From Tubiluchus corallicola (Eukaryota; Animalia; Priapulida), in assembly GCA_030141605.1 (NCBI GenBank), contig JAQGDQ010000711.1:44789-108788 (forward strand): a DNA stretch of 64,000 nt, written 5' to 3'. This document shows, in pieces, positions 51,411 through 62,835 of the stretch. The notes beneath the pieces were generated by a model. The model saw only the letters and a program-made list of their open reading frames with translations, was not told the DNA's origin and made no database searches. How positions within the stretch are numbered: the first letter of the stretch is position 1; each line of letters begins with the position of its first letter. A program made the translations under genes and the position numbers.

Positions 51411-51941
51411 GTAAATTATAATTTTTCTGGCTTTTTGTTTTATGTGTTTGCATAAGTTGTTTCTTCAGAATGACTGCAGAACTACCGTACAGATACAGTG
51501 CGAGATTTCATACTACAATTGTTGCTAAGACGTTGTACTTTAAATTATTATAATCGTGCAGTTGCATAACAAAGATGTGAAAGACTTGCCAAGAATTTAG
51601 TGAATTCGTTACCTGTTACTAATCCATCTACCGAACAGGTTTTAGCTGCATTTTGGAAATTGCATAGATTCATAAGTAATGCTCTGTTACAGCAAAGCTT
51701 GTATATAGTTCCAGTGAAAGAACTGCATGAGAAGTGTTCAGTGGAATCAGGGTCAAATTGTCCAATAGGCTAGTATAGGCTACCATTTAGGGTCTCTCAA
51801 GCTTGGGACCTCAAAGCTTTAATAACATTTGTTAAAAATCGTTTTTTCACTACGGTTATGTTGAAACATGCGCTTATTTGGTTTGTAATAAATTGTGAAA
51901 TACTGGTAGTTCTTAAAGAATATTTTTGTTGACAATTTCAG

Positions 51942-51988
51942 GCAGGAGTTGGAAGAGGAGGAGAGTGAAAGTCACATGTCAATTGATG
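51942..51988 (+). CDS. RIIa-IQ protein coding exon 3 (acidic)
   Basis: tttcag acceptor, gtaaga donor, phase 2 to 1; QELEEEESESHMSID. Confidence 0.7.
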
Positions 51989-52769
51989 GTAAGATAGTTG
52001 CCAATAAGAATTTATATTTGTTAAGGCATAATTACTGCATGAAACAAGATGCTTAAGCTGATGCTCATATTTACTCTCGTTTTGCTCAAATGTTTATTTG
52101 GATTCTGATGTGTGACTTTGAGCATCACGTTCTTTCTGTACGTCCATTTTATTAATCACTTATATGAATTTTGAACAATTATGAATTTAAAGTGAGTTTT
52201 CCTACATCAAATTTGTTTACTTTGATATTGTTTTTTTTTGCAACATTTTAATATATTATATTGGACTGAATTCGACTCAGGGGGTCGAACTACAAGATGG
52301 CATGGCGGTGTTGATATTGCGCATCAGCGTAACTATGTTATGCTAATTAACTAAATCAATGTCTGTAAACTAGTACCTTATACCTGTTATAGCATGTCAT
52401 CTAACTCTCATAAAACAAAATACACAAAAACTACACTGTACGGATATCAGCACTAATAAAAATAAGGAACCGAAATACATGTGCCCAAAAAACTAACTAA
52501 CTCAGTAACAGCACTACACCCGAGGAGCACCTGTGTCAGAAATCAAGGCTGTAGTGACCTCTACACGCTTTTATACTGGCATTCCAGGTCAGCTGGCTTC
52601 TCACACCACGTGTAGACCCAAACAAGACGTCTGGACCTACAAGAAAGGGGCGAGTCGCTGCTGACGTGGAAACAGGGCGTGTAGAGGGCGCTGCATCTGA
52701 CCCGACACAGGTGCCTCCGTAACATTATTATAACTGGAACAATTCATTGTATTTTTTATATTTAAATAG

Positions 52770-52936
52770 AGAAAGTAAGCTCTCATAGAACTGGCTCATT
52801 ACCCGTGTTTCTAAAGAAGGAGACATTCGCTCCCCGACATATGAGTGATACGACTCACATGAAACTTGATAAATTGCGCATCAATAAAGTTGAGCCGCTT
52901 CCTGATCTAGAGTATTTTAAAGACGAGGAAGTAGAG
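52770..52936 (+). CDS. RIIa-IQ protein coding exon 4 (pre-IQ module)
   Basis: Phase 1 to 0; HRTGSLPVFLKKETFAPRHMSDTTHMKLDKLRINKVEPLPDLEYFKDEEVE, paralogous to exon 56194-56357. Confidence 0.8.
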
Positions 52937-54158
52937 GTAGGTTTTCTATGTTCCTGAATTTTTCAATACCTAGATTCATTCACAAACTTTTTTGCTGCAC
53001 TTTTAGTATTGAATTTAAGGCTAGGGTTTGATATGAAATACAGTTCCAAGCTGGACAACATTTGTAAATCGACAGAATACAGACGTTTTTGACATTTTTT
53101 TCGTTTGCTTTATTTTTACTTTATTTGACAAGTGAATCGGCAAAAATACTGATAAAGCTTTACGTACTCATACCTTCAATGTACAGTTGTACACAGTATG
53201 ATTTAGACAGCTGAACCCTGAATGTGTGTTTGTTAAAACATGTGTGTTTTTTAGAAATAGAAACTTCTTGCATAAGGCCATTTCAAAATGTTTACATATA
53301 ATTTATAAAGAATTGATTTATGTTGATTTAACAAAGACATTTGTTCTAGTTTTAAGAAGAATCTAGTGAAGCTAGAAGAGCTTTACCTAAACTAAAATTG
53401 AAAAATGCTACAGTTACGGATCTTTCTTGATTATGTTAATATGTGGTTCATTTTTAACATGTTTTTTATGGTTATTCATTGGCTAAAGCTCAAAGCACAA
53501 GAAGATGATTAATTTTCATAAATAAAACTCAAAAAATTTGCTTTGAAATTTTGTGTCACTTACATACTGTCTTATTGCATAGTGGGCTTGCATTAGTCTT
53601 AACTCTGCATAAAACTTGTAAATTTAAGCTCCCACGATGACCTTTAGGCGCAGACATTTTGAGCGATAAGTTGTTTGAAGCAAGTTTATGTAACATATTG
53701 TGCAAAAATTTCAAAAATAATTCTGTTGAAGGCATGCTTCGCTAACTATGTAAAAGTGTAAATTAGTTTATGTTGTCAATAGGATCAATAACGTATTGGA
53801 TCAATGGCAGTGCTGCACTTTGGGATGGCAGTGCAATTTTGAATTATTAAGGATTTTCTGTTTCTAGCTACACAAATCTTTCAAACATGCAAGTGTAATG
53901 CTAAGTAATATAACTTTGTTAGGATTTACTATAACATTCCCTTTTCTTCCCCTTTAACTCTGTCTTACATATTGTCTGACTACAACCAAATCAGAAACTT
54001 GAAAACACTCCATTGTCTTCCGAGACAGAAGGATGCCAACAACTCTGTCTACATATTGTCTAACCTGTAAATACTTGGTTGCTAGTTGTGAAGAAAGACA
54101 AGCGAACAGCAAATCAAATGTGAATTAACTAAAATCTTGTATCTATTGATCATTTTAG

Positions 54159-54297
54159 GCCATTGTTACAATCCAATCTGGATTCCGCGGCATGAAAGCC
54201 AGAAAAGAAGTTAAGGAAATAAGGAAAAGCATTCGTGAGAGTTCTGTAAGAGACGCCGCTCTTCCAGGTAAGACTGTCAAGAAATTGCCATCATCAG
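54159..54297 (+). CDS. RIIa-IQ protein coding exon 5 (IQ motif 1); alternative donor after 54267
   Basis: ttttag acceptor; AIVTIQSGFRGMKARKEVKEIRK; two cag|gtaa donors 30 nt apart, both phase 1. Confidence 0.85.
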
Positions 54298-54424
54298 GTA
54301 AATAGCTGTTCAGAAGCATGCACAGAAAATGAAAGATGATAGTGTCAATTGTATGTCATGTCCCACAAGGGTGTCATACTGGGCCATTCACACTAAAATG
54401 GTATCAGTGCTTGCTTTAATTTTT

Positions 54425-54903
54425 GGTTGATTGATTGACTGATTGATTGAGTATCTTTATTGACATAAACATATGATAATAACAATGTAATAATTCATGT
54501 GTTAATTAATACTGTAAAATGTTATTAAAGCTGTCTCCAGCCCACTTGGGCTTACAAGTCAATTTCATGAGAATTTATCACATAATAACTGTGCAGTTCA
54601 TTTACATAGAATATCAAATAAAAGAAAATATATAATATGGAATTTTAACATATACCTGAATGGACAAGTCATGTATTAAATATATATCTTGCTTTGCCTC
54701 ATTCTAAAAATCTTATAAGCATATTTTGCAGTCCTAAGGACATTCTCTTCTGACATAATATATTTCCATTTATTTACATTATCTAATTGTTCCGGGTCCA
54801 TGTTAATATCTTGGAAAAATTCTTCTCTCTCTAGTCTATAATGTGTACAAACAAACATAAAGTGAGATTCATCTTCTTTGGTTGATACTTGGTAAGTGTA
54901 CAA
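54425..54903 (-). mobile_element. 5'-truncated LINE 3' end (clade uncertain)
   Basis: Minus ORF has EDESHFMFVCTHYRLER (LINE C-terminal Zn-knuckle E-D-E-x-H-F-x-x-x-C-x-x-Y-x-x-x-R), followed by a 3' UTR, aataaa and a (TCAA)n tail. Confidence 0.75.
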
Positions 54904-55149
54904 GTGCTGTTACTGAATAAAGATGGCTATACTGTTGGGGGTACTATAAACTCTATTAAATTTGTTAAATTACTTCAAATTTAAATTAATTACTGTTACA
55001 ATGCGAGACTACATAGCCACATATCAGAATATATTTTGCTAGTAGGTTTTGATTCTGTAAGGAAGTTTTTCGTTACTGATCGCAAATGATTGTACTTTTA
55101 CTATTTTAAATCATATGGCCATTGAAGTCATTATTATATATATTCAATA

Positions 55150-55192
<43 letters not shown>

Positions 55193-55519
55193 AATATACA
55201 TATTATATTTTAAATATAAAAACGGCCATTGAAGTCAAGTACTGTTCTACTAGTGAAACTAAATCACCATATTTTTACATACATTATCTTGTTACTAACT
55301 TTCGGAATTAAGTCTTTCTGTTATTAAATTCTCTTAGTGTTAGTCCATATAAGGTTTTGTGAAATGTTAAACACCCCAGAGTTTGGCTTTTACTGGATAA
55401 TAATAATAATCTTTATTTAAAGTCGACTTTTGGGTCAACAATTAACATTAGTTCAAAGAGCTATTATCGCCGACTGTAAATAACAACATACAACTACATA
55501 ACAGAGACTATTATTACCC

Positions 55520-56110
55520 CACTTTTACCCTAAATACCACGCGTCAGGCTGGACAACAGCAGGCACCATTTTTAGTCTTTGGTATGACCCGGCCGCTGGT
55601 TCGAACTCACGACCTCCCAGACGGAAAGCAGACACGTTACCACTAGACCCGGGTTTCTCAACCGGGGGTTAATTAACCCCCAGGGGCTTAATGGCACCAA
55701 TTCTGGGGGTTAATGGGACTTTACACTCAGAAGAAAAAAAATCACCTATTTGTTAGATTAGGCCTGTTATTAGATTGCACAGTGATGTATTAAGCGATAT
55801 GACCATGTGATGAACCTAAAGACAGTGTCACAGTGAGATCAAAGCATATTGTTACCTCCACCCACGCAATGTTATTGAATCTGACGTAGCTAGTTGACAT
55901 GTTGATGGCTTTCTCAATTTTCTTACAATCACAATCAAATTCCTGGAATCTGGGACTGCATACTAGTGTTTCAAATTGAAATTTGCATTATTTCAGTCAT
56001 TTTTCCTTCCAGGGGTAGAGATGGGGGTTAATGGAGGCACTGAGTGGTCGACTTGGGGTTAACGCTCTAAAAAGGTTGAGAACCATTGCACTAGACTAAA
56101 CTGTCTGGTC
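55520..56110 (-). mobile_element. tRNA-derived SINE interrupted by a hAT element
   Basis: agtctttggtatgacccggccgctggttcgaactcacgacctccc...accactagac|taaactgtctggtc; the reverse strand has B-box gagttcgaacc and an A-box region split by the insertion. Confidence 0.65.
55649..56088. mobile_element. hAT (Charlie-like) MITE
   Basis: ccgggtttctcaacc ... ggttgagaaccattg TIRs and perfect 8-bp TSD cactagac (55641-55648, 56089-56096). Confidence 0.88.
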
Positions 56111-56193
56111 TAAAACTATAATACTGTTCTAGTTTGTCTCTATCATCGAATAAATATATATCATCTAAGCTCCAGTGTTTTTTTGTTTGACAG

Positions 56194-56357
56194 GACATTT
56201 CAAACGGGGATCATTGCCAGTTTATCAACAAACAGAGAAGCAATATGTAGCTGCTCGTCACATGAGTGACGTTAGTGGCTTAAAAACTGATAAGCTGCAT
56301 TTAAAACCTCTTCAGCTGTTACCTGATATGCTGGCATATGAAGAACATGAGATTAAT
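56194..56357 (+). CDS. RIIa-IQ protein coding exon 6 (pre-IQ module)
   Basis: tgacag acceptor, gtgagt donor, phase 1 to 0; HFKRGSLPVYQQTEKQYVAARHMSDVSGLKTDKLHLKPLQLLPDMLAYEEHEIN. Confidence 0.85.
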
Positions 56358-56424
56358 GTGAGTACCTGCTATTGTAATAAATAGTCATATGTATGCTGTA
56401 CTGAAATTTAATTTAATATAAATT

Positions 56425-56820
56425 TAATAATTTACAAGGCAATCACTGGTCTAGCTCCTAGTGACATATCAGACCTTCTTAAACTATGTGTCTCTCGCAG
56501 AGCGTTAAGATCTTGCTCAAACAGAAATAATCATGAAGTCCTGGGTACCAGGTTTGTCACATACGGTGATATAATCATAAAGTTCTGCTGCCCCCAAATT
56601 GTGGAATTCCTTGCCACTGCAATTGCACCTGATCTAATCGGTTGATAGTTTTAAAAAGTTTGAAAACTTGCCGTTTTAATGAAGCCTTCTTAAGACAATC
56701 TTGCATTCTTTATGATTGCGTATTTTTTATCAGATTACTTTTATTATTTTACTAAATTTTCCGTGTTTTTATTATTGTTCCTTTTTTAGCCGCCTGAGCA
56801 AAAGGAAGGCGGCTAAATGA
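56425..56820 (+). mobile_element. L2-type LINE 3' fragment
   Basis: Translates in pieces as IYKAITGLAPSDISDLL...SAAPKLWNSLP...DSFKK, a typical L2/CR1 ORF2 C-terminus. Confidence 0.7.
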
Positions 56821-57006
56821 TCAAAACAGCCTGAGTTTAAAATGTTACTCTTGGATAGATAAGCAATACAGGTTTAGTAGCGTTACTGCCTAAGTAACAG
56901 AGATTTGATTACGAGACTAAGCAGAGTAAATGCGCTACATTCCTCGTTATTATGAAAAGTAATCTGATTACAGTAATGAGTTACTAGTAATGTCTTACTA
57001 CCCACC

Positions 57007-57202
57007 ACTGGTAGCTAACTCTAACAATACTGGTAGCTAACTCTAACAATACTGGTAGCTAATTCTAACAATACTGGTAGCTAATTCTAAGAATAGTGGT
57101 AGCTAACTCTAACAATACTGGTAGCTAACTCTAACAATACTGGTAGCTAATTCTAACAATACTGGTAGCTAACTCTAACAATACTGGTAGCTAACTCTAA
57201 CA
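57007..57202. repeat. Minisatellite, 22-bp unit (actggtagctaactctaacaat), 9 copies
   Basis: Direct reading. Confidence 0.93.
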
Positions 57203-57410
57203 AACTCTTTACTTGAGCAAAAAGCATAAGTGCCTATGACAGTTTAATGTAGTGAATTTCACTGCATATTATATTTTTATGAATGGCAGCACTAACACTT
57301 TCTCAGACTTGAATTCATTGTACGTACCACCAAGATGAATTACAAAAACATGCCCAAGTTTTGACTGTGATATTATAAGAAAAAATATGTTAATCTTTTA
57401 AAAATTGCCA

Positions 57411-58558
57411 TACTGATGTTGCATACATGTCTGACACTGGTGTTGCATACATGTCTGACACTGATGTTGCATACATGTCTGACACTGATGTTGCATACAT
57501 GTCTGACACTGATGTTGCATACATGTCACGCTGACGTTGCATACATGTCTGACACTGGTGTTGCATATCATGTCTGACACTGATCTTGCATACATGTCTG
57601 ACACTGGTGCTGCATACATGTCACACTGATGTTGCATACATGTCTGACACTGATGTTGCATACATGTCTGACACTGATGTTGCATACATGTCTGACACTG
57701 GTGTTGCATATCATGTCTGACACTGATCTTGCATACATGTCTGACACTGGTGCTGCATACATGTCACACTGATGTTGCATACATGTCTGACACTGATGTT
57801 GCATACGTGTCTGACACTGATGTTGCATACGTGTCTGACACTGATGTTGCATACATGTCTGACACTGATGTTGCATACATGTCTGACACTGATGTTGCAT
57901 ACATGTCTGACACTGGTGTTGCATATCATGTCTGACACTGATGTTGCATACATGTCTGACACTGATGTTGCATACATGTCTGACACTGATGTTGCATACA
58001 TGTCTGACACTGATGTTGCATACATGTCTGACACTGATGTTGCATACATGTCTGACACTGATGTTGCATACATGTCTGACACTGGTGTTGCATACATGTC
58101 TGACACTGATTTTGCATACATGTCTGACACTGGTGTTGCATACATGTCTGACACTGATGTTGCATACATGTCTGACACTGGTGTTGCATACATGTCTGAC
58201 ACTGATGTTGCATACATGTCTGACACTGGTGTTGCATACATGTCTGACACTGATTTTGCATACATGTCTGACACTGGTTTTGCATACATGTCTGACACTG
58301 ATGTTGCATACATGTCTGACACTGATGTTGCATACATGTCTGACACTGGTGTTGCATACATGTCTGACACTGATGTTGCATACATGTCTGACACTGGTGT
58401 TGCATACATGTCTGGCACTGATGTTGCATACATGTCTGACACTGATGTTGCATACATGTCTGACACTGATGTTGCATACATGTCTGACACTGATGTTGCA
58501 TACATGTCTGACACTGATGTTGCATACATGTCTGACACTGATGTTGCATACATGTCTG
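57411..58558. repeat. Minisatellite, 24-bp unit (gttgcatacatgtctgacactgat), about 48 copies
   Basis: Direct reading; gives the 8-aa repeats of the spurious ORFs. Confidence 0.97.
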
Positions 58559-59075
58559 TATAAACATCAAAACTTTTAAGTCATTTGCTTAGATTTTTTC
58601 CAATATACAAAAGTTTTCAATCAACAAGTCAAAAAATAAAAGCCGGAAAAACTTTATATTCTGTGGTGAAAATCATGATGCAAACTGGTTGATTCTTTAC
58701 AGTTTTGCTGCCATCTATTGAGTGTTTTATATATTAGTTGATGTTTTTTGGTTGACGATTAGCTGACATTGTTCCGGCATTTAATACTGTAACATACAAA
58801 CGTTTTTCGATCACATTTTAAAACTATTAAAGCTATAAAGTCGTAACTTTCCCAGTCACAAGCTTAGCTTAATATCCGTCTTGCAGCACCATTTCAGATA
58901 GCCGGAGATTTGTGTCATTTATTTGATAGTTTTTTCTTTTTCTAACTATATTGCTCATAATTAGTCTGGAATAATACATAAATTATAATGTACTTTTTTG
59001 TCATGATGAAGTGGAGAATAAATATGTCTAATATTACTATGAAATTTCAACTTTGTAGGGCACTTGCGTCTAATA

Positions 59076-59701
59076 CAGTCAACCCTCGTTAAACCGGAGT
59101 AATTGGGGAGGGGGGTGGTCTGGTTTAGCCGATTGTCCGATTTATCCGATATGCCTCTATATGGTCTATATTATACAGGAATAATCACCTTAATAAGGCC
59201 TATATATATTGCACTAGATACTATACTGTATATTACATTAAAATAGTTAACCTGTGAGGATAAAGAAATTATTGTACAGTTGGTAGGCTGTGTTGTGTTT
59301 AGGGCTCGGGCTCGGACGGAAATCGGTCAGTTTCCTTTACCACGGTTAACGTCAATTGGTCAGTTTCCTTTCTTCTTCTCAGCTTTTCCCTATGCGGGGT
59401 CGCCGTTGTAAATAAGTCGTCTCCATGCATTCCTGTTGTTGGCCATCTCTTCATTTATGTTCTTCTCTCTAAGGTTCCCGTTAACACATTCAAACCATCT
59501 CAGCTTGGGTCGTCCTCTTCTTCTATTTCCCAGCACTTCCATTTCCATGACCTCCCTTCCCACGTGATCTTCCCCGATTCTTCTTCTCAGGTGCCCATAC
59601 CATCTCAATCTTGCAAATTGGTCAGTTTCCTTTACCTTTCCTTAACGTCCGTCTTATCCGATATCCGGGCTAACGGGGTCCGGTTTAACGAGACTCGACT
59701 G
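59076..59701. mobile_element. Tc1/pogo-like MITE containing an RTE insertion
   Basis: TA|cagtcaaccctcgttaaaccgga ... tccggtttaacgagactcgactg|TA. Confidence 0.85.
59372..59615 (-). mobile_element. 5'-truncated RTE LINE 3' end
   Basis: RLRWYGHLRRR...GNRRRGRPKLRW...NRNAWRRLI...DP, (GAA)n tail, and 18-bp TSD aattggtcagtttccttt (59354-59371, 59616-59633). Confidence 0.92.
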
Positions 59702-59878
59702 TACTGTGTTATTGTAGTCAAAACGTTTTTACTGCACTACCAGATATACAAGGAAAGTCAGTTTTAGCTAAATTTTGTTTGTAATTCTTTATATTTCTAC
59801 AAGTCATTTTAACATTACTATAAGCGAGATCCGAACTAGCACTTACCAGGTCAGCACTAATTTTAAAGCTTATTTCAG

Positions 59879-60031
59879 GCTGTAGTAAAAATTCAGTCTG
59901 GTTTCCGCGGCATGAAGGCACGAAAGGAAGTTAAACAAATTAAAGAATCCAAAGAAATTGATGTCAAAGATGTTGCGGCCAAAACCAAGTCACTGCCAGA
60001 CCTGCAGTCATACGGTGAAGAAGAAGTTAAT
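59879..60031 (+). CDS. RIIa-IQ protein coding exon 7 (IQ motif 2 plus LPDL module)
   Basis: tttcag acceptor, gtgagt donor, phase 0-0; AVVKIQSGFRGMKARKEVKQIK...SLPDLQSYGEEEVN. Confidence 0.88.
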
Positions 60032-60262
60032 GTGAGTATTGAGTTTATTTTTTTTCAACTGAATCGTGATTTTAGTCAGCTTGAAAATGAATAACGAGCC
60101 ATCCAAATATAACAATATTAAGTTTAGGGTAGGTAGGTGGCAGGAGACGTGATAACGCCGATGTCAGTAGAATCCACTGATGGTTTCCCATCGAGTCACC
60201 ATCAGACTGTAAATGAAAGACCTCAGTCTGCAAATATTCTCAATGCCTGGAAAACTAGTGTT

Positions 60263-61126
60263 CAGTGGCACCTCATGTAATTGCACTGTTGAACTGCAGT
60301 GCCCTCTATTTTCACTTGATATTATCGATAATATTCAATATAATGAGTCTTTTTTCTTTAATTCTTTCTTTACACTTGTATGGAACCGGAGTATGTGATG
60401 GAACTGTGCACTTCACAGGTCCAGCACTGCTGCACTAACAACTCCAGCAACGAGGTGTTTGACTGTTGTGCACATGCGATCATGCACATGTGTCTGAGAT
60501 AAGACGGTGCACTTCACAGGTCCAGCACTGGTGCACTCACAACTCCAGCAACGAGGTGTTTGGCTGTTGTGCACATGCGATCATGCACATGTGTCTGAGA
60601 TAAGACGGTGCACTTCACAGGTCCAGTACTGGTGCACTCATTACTCCAGCAACGACGTGTTTGGCTGTTGTGCACATGCGATCATGCACATGTGTCCGAG
60701 ATAAGACGGTGCACTTCACAGGTCCAGTACTGGTGCACTCATTACTCCAGCAACGAGGTGTTTGGCTGTTGTGCACATGCGATCATGCGCATGTGTCTGA
60801 GATAAGACGGTGCACTTCACAGGTCCAGTACTGGTGCACTCATTACTCCAGCAACTAGGTGTTTGGCTGTTGTGCACATGCGATCATGCGCACGTGTCTG
60901 AGATAAGACGGTGCACTCTACGTAGAAAAAGCACTGTCGCTCACGCAGTGTGTGTTGTCAGCTGTCACGTGTATAAAACCGTGTACCGGCATATTCTTGA
61001 ATGTGATAAAGTGTAGAATTACAACATTAAAATTACATATGTTTGTTTTGTTTTACACAGTATTAAAACAATGATCAAAAATTTTCTGAAGCGGGACTGA
61101 CCAAATTTAGCTATGAGCCACCACTG
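60263..61126. mobile_element. hAT-like MITE carrying an internal 101-bp tandem array
   Basis: cagtggcacctcat ... atgagccaccactg TIRs; flanks ctagtgtt / ctagtatt (7 of 8 TSD match). Confidence 0.65.
60406..60917. repeat. Tandem repeat, 101-bp unit, 5 copies
   Basis: gtgcacttcacaggtccag recurs at 60406, 60507, 60608, 60709 and 60810. Confidence 0.95.
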
Positions 61127-61312
61127 CTAGTATTTTTGTTATATTATAATAACAAATCATCTTTGTGCTGTTAATGGTTGCTATTTGAGCTCATGTATCA
61201 TTTCAGAACTTTATGCAAAACTGCTTTTTTAACTTACTAAAATCAACTGGTTACTTTACTACACAACTTGCAAAAACTTGATTTCTTTGTTGTCGCATGT
61301 AATTTGTTTCAG

Positions 61313-61486
61313 GCTGTTGTCAGAATCCAGTCCGGTTTCCGAGGCATGAAGGCAAGAAGTGAAGTAACAGAAATTAGAAAGCTCAAATACCACGTACCCG
61401 GATCTTCCGGAATGCTTGCAATTTACGATGGCGCGGGTGCTACGGCGGAGTCTGGAGAAGAGCCAGTGGATGACCAACAGCTTGAT
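61313..61486 (+). CDS. RIIa-IQ protein coding exon 8 (IQ motif 3)
   Basis: tttcag acceptor, gtatgt donor, phase 0-0; AVVRIQSGFRGMKARSEVTEIRK. Confidence 0.85.
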
Positions 61487-61549
61487 GTATGTACCTATTT
61501 TAGAATTCGGGCATCCTTTAGATGCAATAGAGCAAACGAACTATATATT

Positions 61550-62353
61550 CAGGGGTGGACTTGAGATCCTAAAGGGACAGATGGTCAAAATCTTTTAGTT
61601 TCTGAGGGGTTTTCTAGATCTTTTATTGTGTCAAGACACAAGTTAAAAATTACAGAACATATTCTACTGTTCTTCTTATTTTGCAAGAGTATGACGTGTT
61701 AATTAATATTACGGTTTAAAAATTTTTCTAAACTGCAATTAATAATCATTGGTTTATATTTGTACATCAAGCACAGGTATTTTAGTTTTCTACCAAATCT
61801 AACTGATCAGCGGTTCTTGCTTCTCTCTGTTACTTAGTTGCAAGTGTCGGTTGCACAAAGAGGCATAATGTAGTTGTAGGTTTCCAGTTTAATATCCTGT
61901 AGACACTTGTTCTTCTTGTCTAGAGCCAATGGAAATAACGATTTTAAATTATGTCATAATTTTAAACTCATAATAATGGCTTTTTTGTTATGGGTATTGA
62001 ACAGTTCTTTCAGGCATTAATTGGTTCTGGTACGAAACTCTGAAGATGTCTAGATTGCCACTGCCCAGCAGGGGGGGCGCAAAATTTTTCTGGGAGGGCG
62101 AGGTATCCGAAGTGGTTAAATAATGGTTAAGCCAATTTTCAACCCCTTTTATACTGCATGCAGGCCTATAATTAGCATGTGTGTAGGACGGCGTAGCGGA
62201 CATTTTTTTACCTAATTCTAATTCATATTGAAAATGATTACATGCGAACTGCAATTTTCACTGCAAAAAAAATTATTCGTCCGATTTTGCGGGGGGCGCA
62301 AATTTTGACAGGGGGGGCGTGCGCCCCCTCGCTCCCCCCTAGTTCCGCCCCTG
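61550..62353. mobile_element. hAT-like element with GC-rich subterminal region
   Basis: caggggtggact ... agttccgcccctg TIRs and repeated ggggggcgc motifs; TSD imperfect. Confidence 0.5.
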
Positions 62354-62450
62354 ATGCATTCTCCACTTAACATTTAATATCAAAATGTATATTATTGTCT
62401 TAATTAAGCAAGATTATTTCATGTTTTCCATCATTTTGTATGTCTGTTAG

Positions 62451-62594
62451 ATGATACCAAAGGAAGAAGCAAAGGAAGTTCAAGGAAGTAAGGGGATGCT
62501 TCCCGAGAGCTACCTCATAGAATTAGAGCCTATGGATAATGCCGAGAAAGAGTCACTACCAGATCTGGAGTCTTTTGAAAAGGAGGACGTCAAT
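62451..62594 (+). CDS. RIIa-IQ protein coding exon 9 (pre-IQ LPDL module); gene continues beyond the window
   Basis: gttag acceptor, gtatgt donor, phase 0-0; MIPKEEAKEVQGSKGMLPESYLIELEPMDNAEKESLPDLESFEKEDVN. Confidence 0.8.
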
Positions 62595-62759
62595 GTATGT
62601 TTCCACACCGAGTGAATTGAGTGTAACCTCTTTTTAATACCAAACCTCTTTTATTTACAGATTTGTCAGACATGCTTGGTAAATCGTGAAAATATTACAC
62701 ACCAAAATTAATTAAAATTTGATATCAAACTTAAAAGACACAATGTATGAAAAAAGTTT

Positions 62760-62835
62760 GTGCAGCCTGGATATGAACCAACGACCTTCCTGCTTACATT
62801 GCGGATGCCTTAACCACTAAGCTGCCGCAGCTCTC
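62760..62835 (-). mobile_element. tRNA-like SINE head
   Basis: Reverse strand gagctgcggcagcttagtggttaaggcatccgc...ggtcgttggttcatatccaggctg has A- and B-box-like motifs. Confidence 0.55.

Noticed and set aside
57398-58579. MQHQCQTC / YATSVSDM repeat ORFs resembling metal-binding or antifreeze repeats
   Set aside because: 24-bp minisatellite open in multiple frames, within an intron of the RIIa-IQ gene.
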